Assembly: GCF_006345805.1 (NCBI RefSeq)
Contig: NC_043005.1
Span: forward strand, 47,244,001 to 47,308,000
Source: Octopus sinensis
Taxonomy: Eukaryota
Direction: 5' to 3'
DNA: 64,000 bases
The notes beneath the pieces are model-generated. The model worked only from the letters and a program-made list of their open reading frames with translations, did no database searches and was not told the origin of the DNA. A program made the translations under genes and the position numbers. Positions 38,526-48,867 of this stretch are shown one piece after another. The stretch's first letter is position 1. The number at the start of each line of letters is the position of its first letter.

Positions 38526-38580
38526 CAGCAGCAGCAACAACAACAACAACAACAATAATAATAATAATAACAACAATAAT
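38319..38580. repeat. Compound trinucleotide microsatellite AAT/GAT/AAT/AGT/AGC/AAC/AAT
   Basis: Direct reading. Confidence 0.95.
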
Positions 38581-38761
38581 CCTTTCTACTAATGGGCACA
38601 AGGCCTGAAATTTGGTGGGAGGGGATTAGGCGATTATATGGATCCCAGTGTTTCACTGGAGCTTAATTTATCGACCCCGAAAGGATGAAAGGTAAAGTCG
38701 ACCTCTTCGGATTTTGAACTCCTAATGTAACGGCAGACGATATACTGCTAAGCATTTCGCC
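38581..38761 (-). mobile_element. Meta-like SINE
   Basis: ATCGACCCCGAAAGGATGAAAGG core on the reverse strand; its head end is replaced by the adjacent LINE. Confidence 0.85.
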
Positions 38762-39566
38762 CGGTGACGTCCTTCGCGTACACCAAAACTGCCCTTCCCT
38801 GTCGCAGTGCGAAAGGGAAGCCCCTTAACTGTTCCAGCTTCCGCAGCAGTGGCTCGTGTACCAATACGTACAGAAAAGGCGACAGCGGGCAGTCCTGATG
38901 GTTCGAGCGTGCGATGCTAAGCAGCTCCGATAGTCGGCCCTTTTCTTTGACCACTGAGCAGACCATCCAAACCGGGGGATTCGCAACTTGTGCAATCGTT
39001 CATCACATTCCGAATTTCAGCAGCTGTTATCGACTTTTCTCGTAACTTCGCGTCAGCAGCTGGTTCCTCAAACATCCACACGAAGCGCCGCTAGAAAGCC
39101 GCACACATCTGTTCGGAAACGAGTAGCATGCGCCCGTCCCGATCTGTCAAAGACCTGGTTGTAATTTTGCTTTCCGTCGCGTCTTCATTGGAGCGCTTTA
39201 GTTATTTCGTGTTTGAGCGCACGGGTCTTAGCTCTGACAACGCAACCTTCGTGTTTAGCTTCGAAGAAATGGTCAAGGACTATTCTCGCCGCTAATACAT
39301 CGGTCTTGATGACCTTACTAATCATCTTTTCTAATTTGATAACTAGTTTGTCCTCTAATCTATTCCTTTCTATCGCTAACTTTTTGCTAAACGCTATCAA
39401 CTATGCACTAATCACCCTCCTTAGGGCGATCCACCACCAGTTGTTGACGATTGCCTCTGTCAACTGCCGTTTAACTCGCTCATTAATCCGCTCCCTATAG
39501 TCTTTGTGTGCCGGAAAGGACGCGTTTAACTTCCATTAACCGGATCCCTATCTACGGGTCCTATCT
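38762..39566 (-). mobile_element. Tx1/L1-clade LINE ORF2 remnant with internal deletion
   Basis: KKLAIERNRLEDKL...HEGCVVRAKTRALKHE linker, then HQDCPLSPFLYVLVHEPLLRKLE...VLVYAKDVT (decayed QGCPLSP and YADD motifs). Confidence 0.8.
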
Positions 39567-39572
39567 AATTCG

Positions 39573-39953
39573 ACTGTGGCCCAGTGGTTAGGGCAGTGGA
39601 CTCGCGGTCATAGGATCGCGGTTTCAATTCCCAGACCGGGCGTTGTGAGTGTTTATTGAGCGAAAACACCTAAAAGCTCCACGAGGCTCCGGCAGGGGAT
39701 GGTGGTGATCCCTGCTGTACTCTTTCACCACAACTTTCTCTCACTCTTACTTCCTGTTTCTGTTGCACCTGTATTTCAAAAGGCCGGCCTTGTCACTCTC
39801 TGTGTCACGCTGAATATCCCCGAGAACTACGTTAAGGGTACACGTGTCTGTGGAGTGCTCAGCCACTTACACGTTAATTTCACGAGCAGGCTGTTCCGTT
39901 GATTCGGATCAACCGGAACCCTCATCGTCGTAACCGACGGAGTGCTTCCATCC
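39573..39953 (+). mobile_element. tRNA-derived SINE family B, near full length
   Basis: TGGCCCAGTGG / GGTTTCAATTCC boxes; body matches the reverse complement of 43233-43619; followed by an (AGT)/(AAT) tail. Confidence 0.9.
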
Positions 39954-39960
39954 AGTAGTA

Positions 39961-40014
<54 letters not shown>

Positions 40015-40740
40015 TAATGACCAAACATATAGTGCATGTGTTTTATTAGCAATTTATTAGCAAATATGACCATCTCGAAGTATAACAATATTTGCTTCAA
40101 AACATGGTTTCACACCAAGGATCTTGCAATATCAATTACATAAACGTATGTATGCGCATATATGTGGGGGGGAGAAGTCTTGTAGAATATCATAATTATT
40201 GTAATTTGATGTTTGATTTTGATTGCTGTGATTTAATTGCTACTGGTGTTCTTTGTCTCATTTTCCTTGAGATTTGATTTACAATTGATGTATTGAGAAG
40301 TTATGAGATTATTTGTGTTATATAATAAACTTTAGAGCACGAAACTAAATGACTAGCAATATTGAGTTACTTCTATTTTTATTATGAAGCCCTGACTTGA
40401 TCACAACATTAAAGATCCTCAGTTTCAGAGATGTCTGAGAGAGGGAATAAATCGACGCTATATCAGAACTAAATTTTACAGTGGGAAGAATTGGAACTCC
40501 GGATAGCAACTAAATGGATCTTTTGTAAACTTCCTAGACCCTTGCTGATTACAACAGTGAAGACACACACTTACATCACAGCCTCAGAACTCTCTCAAAG
40601 TTTGGTGAACTAGTTTGCGAATAAAATTATTGTTTTGACTATGGTTTCAGTACAGTGTCGATAGTAGAATACGAACTACTGACGTCTTGGTTGATTGTAA
40701 GATATCCGTTTAACTGGGTGATTTGCATGCAGTCTATAAC

Positions 40741-40970
40741 TATTTCTTTACTACCCACAAGGGGCTAAACACAGAGGGGACAAACAAGGACAGACAAACG
40801 GATTAAGTCGATTATATCGACCCCAGTGCGTAACTGGTACTTATTTAATCGACCCCGAAAGGATGAAAGGCAAAGTTGACCTCGGCGGAATTTGAACTCA
40901 GAACGTAGGGGCAGACAAAATACTGCTAAGCATTTCGCCCGGCGTGCTAACGATTCTGCCAGCTCGCCGC
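40741..40970 (-). mobile_element. Meta-like SINE, full length and young
   Basis: Nearly identical to the reverse complement of 42549-42777; flanked by GCAGTCTATAAC direct repeats. Confidence 0.92.
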
Positions 40971-40991
40971 TTTTATAACGCAGTCTATAAC

Positions 40992-41316
40992 GATAAACGT
41001 CGCCCTTTTCAAGCCTAGCTAGGCTTATGGGCCCGGTTTCCCGGTTTCTGTGGCGCATGTGTTCCCCCTAGTAGGACGGGACGCCAGTTCATCGCGGCAT
41101 TACTCAAGAAACTGGAAAAGAGAATGAGAGAAAGTTGTGGTGAAAGAGTACAACAGGGGTCGCCACCACCACCCTGCCGGAGCCTCGTGGAGCTTTTAGG
41201 TGTTTTCACTCAATAAACTTGCACAAGTTTATTGAGTGAAATAAACTGGGAATCGAAACCGCGATCCTTCGACCGTGAGACCGCTGCCCTAACCACTGGA
41301 CCATTGCGCTTCCACA
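40992..41316 (-). mobile_element. Chimeric SINE: family B head and body with family A tail
   Basis: 5' part matches 39573-39760; 3' part (GCGATGAACTGGCGTCCCGTCC...GAAACCGGGAAACCGGGCCCAT..GCTAGGCTTGAAAAGGGCG) matches ~715-813. Confidence 0.85.
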
Positions 41317-42234
41317 TGCAGTCTATAAACATGCGTTAAACTCAACATAATTTACTCTTATCTCAAATATCTGAACTAGTGACGGGACAAACAAACGACA
41401 CACAAGATACTTATTTCTATTCTATGTTTATTTACAGTCTTGTGAAATGGCTAAGATAATATATAAAGCGGGACAAAGGATAAGGTTATAACAGAAATTG
41501 ATGAAATGAATCAAAGAAATTATACAGATTCGTAGTTCGTTCATAATTTATTCAAGAAAATATCGTGTATGACACAGTAAGGAACTATTTTTTTTTTCAT
41601 TTACTTACCAGTTCTTTCATTCGTTTTATCAATGTGATGCACGTCGAAAGTGTTAACAAACACTTACTCCTGAGAGACACAACTGTTTTGATTTTAGTAG
41701 ACGCCATCTATAATTGATTGATTGCTTTTCGTTTAAATTGACCATAACGCGTCTATATACTTACCTAGAGAGATGGAGCTAGCTACAACAGGAGAATACA
41801 AAGGTGAGACAACCAAATAATTGGCCGAGTTTCCCACTGGGATGAACAAGATAGAGATAAAATGCGTCTAAAACAAGCTACATTTAAAAACAAAACCAAG
41901 AAAGAAAACAGGATTCCTACTAATTTCTAAAGAATAAATGCTGTTAAGATTATTAAAACTAAATGGATTTTAAAGGGAAAATATGTAGTGAAGCACCGAC
42001 TCTGAAGACTGAATTTGAAATCATAATGATTTTCTGAACACTTTTCATTTCTTATATCAACAAATAACCATTCTTTTACAATCGCTTAATAACACTTTCA
42101 TTATTCTTTTCTATTCTAGGCACAAGACCCGAAATTTTGGGGGAGTTGTGGGGTAGTCGCCTTATAACACTCAATATTACTTCAGTAAGTATGGTGAATG
42201 AAATTCTTTGTCGTTCACATTAGAAAAAAAAAGA

Positions 42235-42293
<59 letters not shown>

Positions 42294-42344
42294 TGATACT
42301 TTTTCACATACTTACTGTAGAAAATGATAATAAGTTCGGAGAAT

Positions 42345-42515
42345 AGGTTAAGTTGATTACATCGACCCCAGTGTTCGACTGGTACTTATTTTATCGAACC
42401 CGAAGGTATAAATGATAAAGTCACTCCCGGTGGAATTCGAAATCAGAACGTAAAGACGGACGAAATGCCGCTAATCATTTTACTCTGCGTGCTAGCAATT
42501 CAACCAGCTCGCCAC
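42345..42515 (-). mobile_element. Meta-like SINE (head-to-head with the next copy)
   Basis: Reverse-complement family match. Confidence 0.85.
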
Positions 42516-42548
42516 CTTGGATTCACTATTAATGTTAATTAACAATAA

Positions 42549-43000
42549 AGGCGGCGAGCTGGCAGAAACGTTAGCACGCCGGGCGAAATGCTTAGCGGTA
42601 CGTCTGACTTTACGTTCTGAGTTCAAATTCCGCCGAGATCGACTTTGCCTTTCATCCTTTCGGGGTCGATTAAATAAGTACTAGTTACGACTTGGGTCGA
42701 TATAATCGACTTAATCCGTTTGTCTGTCCTTGTTTGTCCTCTTTGTGTTTAGCCCCTTGTGGGTAGTAAAGAAATAGGTATTTTGTCTGACTTTACTTCT
42801 GAGTTCAAATTCCGCCGAGGTCGACTTTACCTCAGAACGACTTTGCGTTCTGAGGTCGATGTAATCGATTGTCTCCCAACACCAAATTTTAAGCCTTGTG
42901 CCTATAACAGAAAGAATAAAATAAGTACCAGATGAATGCTGGGGTCGATGTAATCGACTTAAGCCCTCCTCCTAATATGCTGGCCTTGTGCCAAAATTTA
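42549..43000 (+). mobile_element. Meta-like SINE plus tandem partial second unit
   Basis: GGCGGCGAGCTGGCAGAAACGTTAGCACG...GGGTAGTAAAGAAATAG, then the TCTGAGTTCAAATTCCGCCGAGGTCGAC segment repeats. Confidence 0.9.
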
Positions 43001-43232
43001 AATTGATATTAATTAACAAAATGAATGAAGTGACTTAAAGTAATAATTGCAAAAGCATTGCAGATTCAACTTGTTGAGGAATTAAACGTCTCTACAAGAC
43101 ATTTAATCCGGTTTTTGACATTTTTGTCACCACTCAGATTTAATAATTGCAACGACAACAGTTACAAAAAAGAAAAATAATTTAATAACAATTTTTGCTG
43201 TAGGTACAAGGCCAGTAAGATTGGGAGGAGGT

Positions 43233-43619
43233 GTGGAAGCAATCCGTCGGTTACGACGATGAGGGTTCCGGTTGATCCCAATCAACGGAACAGCCTGCTC
43301 GTGAAATTAACGTGTAAGTGGCTGAGCACTCCACAGACACGTGTACCCTTAACGTAGTTCTCGGGGATATTCAGCGTGACACAGAGAGTGACAAGGCCGG
43401 CCCTTTAAAATACAGGTACAACAGAAACAGGAAGTAAGAGTGAGAGAAAGTTGTGGTGAGAGAGTACAGCTGGGATCACCACCATCCCCTGCCGGAGCCT
43501 CGTGGAGCTTTTAGGTGTTTTCGCTCAATAAACACTCACAACGCCCGGTCTGGGAATCGAAACCGCGATCCTATGACCGCGAGTCCGCTGCCCTAACCAC
43601 TGGGCCATTGCGCCTCCAC
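43233..43619 (-). mobile_element. tRNA-derived SINE family B, full length with TSD
   Basis: Intact head GTGGAGGCGCAATGGCCCAGTGG; direct repeat TTGGGAGG(A/C)GGT at 43221-43232 and 43620-43631. Confidence 0.92.
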
Positions 43620-43854
43620 TTGGGAGGCGGTAGGTAACTCGATACCATCAACCCAACACATGACTGATGTTTTATGTTGTCTACTCTGAAGGAATAAAAG
43701 GCAAAATTGATCTTGGCAAGATTTGATTTCAGAACATAAAGAACCTAGAAAAATATCACAAGACAGTTTTTGAATGTTGTAACTGTCCATCTCTCTAATA
43801 ATATTTTCTGCTTAGGAATACAGTTAGAAATAATAGAAGGAATAGATGGTAATA

Positions 43855-44085
43855 TCGACCCACTGGTTAGTCTACATCATTCCGTAAGGGGCATAGGGGC
43901 GGTTTCCCGGTTTCTCTGGTATATATAGTCCTCTCTAGAAGGGAGGCAGGTCCGTCATAGGATTATTCAAGTTTACCAGCTGAGTGGGTTGAAGCAACGG
44001 GAAATGAGAGTTCCAGGAATCGAAACCACAATCTTACTATCATGAGTCCAACATCCTAATCACTGAGCCGTGCGCCTCCGCCTGC
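43855..44085 (-). mobile_element. Degenerate family A SINE
   Basis: CGGTTTCCCGGTTTC tail and CCAGGAATCGAAACCACAATCTTAC head match the reverse complement of 566-813. Confidence 0.7.
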
Positions 44086-44122
44086 CCACTACTTGTATTT
44101 TATTCTATCGATACCCGAAGAA

Positions 44123-44932
44123 TTAAAGCAAAGTTGGAATTTGCACCCACTTAACTGACGTATTTTCACGTAACGCAACTGGGATGCATTTTCGTACCAT
44201 CATTAGGCTCTCCGGTACTCTAAAAGTGTTGGGGGTGCAGATCACCCCCTCTTTTTCAATGTTCTCGTTTTGTGCTACGAGGGCCATCAGCTTTTCATTG
44301 GGTTTCCTCACTAGCACGAAGTTCTGCTGCTGTGCGGATGGTTGTTGTTGTAGTAACATTATTCTTTTAAAGTTTATTGTTTTTATTCTGTTGCGGGTGT
44401 TTGTGATAGTGCTGGTGATTGTGGTGCTTGTAGTGTTAGTATTGTCATCAGTGTACCTGTGTTTGCCGTTTCTTGGATTTTTCCCTTTTTTTTCTGTGTC
44501 TCTTTCTTTGATTTTTGCCTTTTGTGCTTCCCCCTCATCATCACTTGGATGCGTGGAGGAGTCTGTGTCTGGTATGTTTTCTTGTGGTGTTGTTCTTCTG
44601 GTTCTCATGTTGCTGTTGAAGTTGCTCCTACTACTGTAGCTTCCACCACTGCTGCTACTGCTACTCCAATTGCCACCTTTACTGTAACACCTGCCTGTTT
44701 CGTCTCCTTGGGTTTGTTTCTATTCCCCTGCCTTTCTGGTGTTGTTTTTCCTGTTCTTGTTGTTTTTGTCGATTCATGAGTTGTGGTGCTTTCCTTTGGA
44801 CATTTCTTTCTGCTCTTCTGTTCTGGCTCTGTGTGGGCAGTGAAACCGTAAGTGACTCGTTGAACCACAATCGTGGCCCCTAGGCTTTCTGTTCTCCACG
44901 TTCACCCTTAGTTCTTTTCCATTCGAGAGGAA
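44123..44932 (-). mobile_element. LINE ORF1 (Tx1/L1-like) C-terminal remnant
   Basis: ELRVNVENRKPRGHDCGSTSHLRFHCP is a CX2CX4HX4C knuckle with the first C mutated to G, followed by a low-complexity T/K/E-rich region and the 161-aa ORF at 44123-44608. Confidence 0.6.
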
Positions 44933-45656
44933 AATCCGATCTGGGACATTCTCAGAACGTTACTAAGCATTTTATCCGATGCAGTAACGTTTGTAATAAC
45001 AATGATGGTGCTGCTACTGCAACTGCTGCTTATGATGATGATGATGATGATGAAGGTGGAGGTTTCCAGAATCAGCACAAGTACACTAATTAAGGAGGAT
45101 GACAAACTGTATTAAATTAGTCCTGTTACTGGACTGGTACTTATATCGACGAAAAATAAAGTCGTCTTCAGCAGGATTTTAAATCCGGGCATTAACAGAC
45201 CTAGCTAAAGTATTTTGTGCGTTGCGCTATTGGATCTGCCAATAATTATTACTCTGTAATAATTTGTAATAATATTGTAACCAATATGTGGTATTGTAAC
45301 ATCTACATCCTTTCAAATCACAGCCTTCCCGTTCTAGATGACACAGCGTCCAGTGTGGTGCTAGATATATAAAATTATGGGATAGTCATGGTTGGAATAT
45401 TTTTGATTATAGGTCTGCTTGATCAAGACTGATCCTGGGCTAAATAACAATAGCAGCAGCAACGGCAGCCGTTCAAGAATTTAGACCTGGAGAATCTCCA
45501 TTTCCAGCGACTTCGAGTGCCACCTCCCAGTGGTGTCGGGCGTCAACGAAAAGCCCTCGACTACAACAAGACGACTAAAGTTGTTTTTTTTCAAGATCTG
45601 GAGTCTCCCACCCCTAAGCCTAGACCATCACCTAATCACCCTTACTCGCCTTGTTG

Positions 45657-45674
45657 CTCAACAACAACAACAAC

Positions 45675-45762
<88 letters not shown>
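45657..45762. repeat. (AAC)n then (AGC)n microsatellite
   Basis: Direct reading. Confidence 0.95.
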
Positions 45763-45764
<2 letters not shown>

Positions 45765-46619
45765 AAAGTAATGGTTTCAGATTTTGCCACACGGGCAGTA
45801 ATTTTGGGTGAGGGGATGAGTCGATTACATCGATACCAGTGGGCGAAAGGCAAAATCGACCTCGGCGAAATTTGAACTCAATATATAATTGCAAAAATAA
45901 GAACAATTATATATTGTTCTACTATAAATTTCTTGCTTACATTGGTCCAGTTTGTTGAAATCATATGAAAAACTGGTCTGGCGGGGACACATTGAAAGTA
46001 CCGTTTCTAAAATCATGGTATAAAGAAATCATACGAATAAATAAATCTTGGAAAATAAAGAAAACTGAAGCATTGACCTTTTATTGGCCAATAAAATGTT
46101 TCCTATCTATCCAGTCAAGGTGAAATGAAAAGCTATAGGGGTTACCGAACCATATACTCCTGAAAAGGAGCCGATCCGTAAACGTTCCAAGAATGTCTAC
46201 GTACTGCTTTATAGACGACTCTATTGGAATAGTTTCAGGAAGGTTTATAGCGAACGAAGCGAAACCGAAGAAGAGCATAAAAAAGAAAAGAAAAGCAAAA
46301 TACAAACAAAAACAAAACGATAATTCTGTGTAAAAATAAGCAGCGTTATAAGAAAGCAATCTTGAATAATGATATTATTTCACGGCAATTTGTTTAGCTG
46401 GTGAAGTGAGCAGTCATGGAACAATCATATAAATATAAACAGTGATTGTAGTGGTCGTAGTTGTAAAGAAACTAAAATTTGTATAGATCACACTGATAGA
46501 TCACAGAAGTCAAAAATTCACTGAATTGTGTTACATTCAACAAAAGAACTTCGCTCATGTGTTCTGACTGTGCAGTTCTAACACTGTCACTAACACAAAA
46601 CACATACTTACGCGAAGGC

Positions 46620-46661
<42 letters not shown>

Positions 46662-47062
46662 CTTAGTAGATACATAAACTTTACAAACAGGATAGAGGCA
46701 CTTTAAAGGTGAGCTGGACAAGTGAATTACTGTTGTCTTACATTTATCCAGCACGGCAACAATCCAAAATATCTGTAAAACACTGGTTTGTCGATTCATT
46801 TTACATCTGTGTTTTAAAACGCCTATTCCCTACATAGATTACAAAACTGAATTTAAAACTGGACTACATATCATAGTTCTTTGAGAGAAGGCATAAACGT
46901 TAGAAATTCTCATTCATCCATGCTTCTATATTTTTGATATTTTGCTTAAGAATCTGCTATTTTTGTAATTAAAATATAGAATTCTGGAGCGCTAATAAGT
47001 TCAGCTTACAGATATGACAGTTAAGTGCAACTCATTTCTCATATCTCACCACTGTATACTCT

Positions 47063-47458
47063 TTTACTTGTTTCAGTCGTTTGACTGCGGCCATGCTGGA
47101 GCACCGCCTTTAGTCGACCAAATCAACCCCAGGACTTATTCTTTGTAAACCTAGTACTTATCATATCGGTACCCTTTTGCCGAACTGCAAGTAACGGGGA
47201 CGTAAACACACCAGCATCGGTTGTCAAGCGATGTTGGGGGACAAAAAGAGACACACAAACATATACACACACATATATATATATATATACATATATACGA
47301 CGGGCTTCTTTCAGTTTCCGCCTACCAAATCTACTCACAAGGTTTTGGTCGGCCCGAGGCTATAGTAGACAGCACTTGCCCAAGGTGCAACACAGTGGGA
47401 CTGAACCCGGAACCATGTCGTTGGTAAGCAAGCTACTTACCACACAGCCACTCCTACA
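47063..47458 (-). mobile_element. tRNA-derived SINE family C with internal (TA/TG) microsatellite, full length
   Basis: Head (reverse complement) GAGTGGCTGTGTGGTAAGTAGCTTGC..GGTTCCGGGTTCAGTCCCAC; internal CA/TA tract; tail GCATGGCCGCAGTCAAACGACTGAAACAAGTAAAAGAGTA. Confidence 0.9.
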
Positions 47459-47816
47459 CCTATAATAAAATATCTTTCTCTGTATTTACATTTGCAAGCT
47501 GTCCCCCATGAGAGTACGATTCTTTGATTGCTTTTAAAGATTGGAGGGATACATTTCCGTAAATAATTTTGAAAATTGCTTTCGCAATTCATTTTATAGT
47601 GCTAAACTTTAGACCTTTGTATAGTTTGAAAATGCATTTTTCTTGGATCGTTGGTTATCCATGGCTGGATACATATGCTTGAGAAAGAAATAGCAATTCC
47701 ATTGATCACACATGATTAATAAATATTATTTGATAGTGATATGTCAGTATTATTCCTTTATTTCAAAGCTAAAACATATCCCCTCCTTAATTGTTATTAT
47801 TATTTAAAAGTGATAA

Positions 47817-48725
47817 AGCGACGAGCTGGCAGAGTAGTTAGCACACTGGGTAAAATGCTTAGTGGTATTTTGTCCGTCTCTACGTTCTGAGATCAAATTA
47901 CGCCGAGATCCACTTTGGCTTTCATCCTTTCAGGGTCGATGAAATAAGCACCAGTTACGCACTGGGATTAATATAATCGACTAGCTCCCTTCCCCCAACA
48001 TTTCAAGTCTTCTCCCCATAGCAGAAAGGATTATTTAATAGTGATTAGGTGGTGAACTGGTAGAATCGTAAGCACGCCGGGTTAAATGCCTAACGTCATT
48101 TCGTCCGTCTTTACGCTCTGGACTTAAATTCTGCCGAGGCTAATTTTGCCATTCATCCTTTCTGGGCTCTATAAAATAAGTACCAGTTGAACACTGAAGT
48201 CTAGTAAATCGACTTATCCATCCCCCGAAATTACTGACCTTGTGCTAAAGTTTGAAAACATTATTTAAGAGAGATTAAGGAGGTGATCTGGCTGAATTGT
48301 TAGTACACCGGATAAAATGCTTAGCAGCATTTCGTTCGTCTTTACGTTCTGAGGTTAAGTTTCATCGAGGTCGACTTTGCCTTTCAACATTTTGGGGTCG
48401 ATAGAATAAATGAATTTTTTGTATATTAATTAATAATGAATCCAGGTACACGTTTAATGTCTTTTTTTATTAGATTTATGTAATGATATGTATCTTTGTA
48501 AGAGAAGTCGTGTTCTGTTGATTGAATTATATCCAATTTATTGCAAACACTTATGGCGGCGAGCTAACATAATTGTTAGCACACTGGACGGAATAAGCTG
48601 TATTTTTTCCTCTGACTCTACTTTTCATCCTTTCAAGGTCGATAAAATGAGTAGCAGCTTAGAGCTGTCGTCGGCTTGCACACTCCCTAAACTTTCCCGG
48701 CCTTGTTCCTGTAGTAAAGAGAATA
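47817..48725 (+). mobile_element. Cluster of four head-to-tail Meta-like SINEs
   Basis: Heads at ~47817, ~48048, ~48278 and ~48556, each followed by a diverged TTTCATCCTTTC..GGTCGAT-type core. Confidence 0.85.
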
Positions 48726-48805
48726 TATTACAGGCATTTATTTTATAAAAATTCGCTGATAAATAAGAATTTGGCTAAATGAGAAACCGGTTTTGCTAAG
48801 TTCGT

Positions 48806-48867
48806 TTATTTCTTGAAAGAGATTTTTGGTTCGTCATCATCAGATGTTTTTCTTGAGATATTCGTCG
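48806..48867 (-). CDS. Candidate terminal exon (TNISRKTSDDDEPKISFKK*)
   Basis: Acceptor gattttcaacag|CG, phase 1; no homology recognised. Confidence 0.22.
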
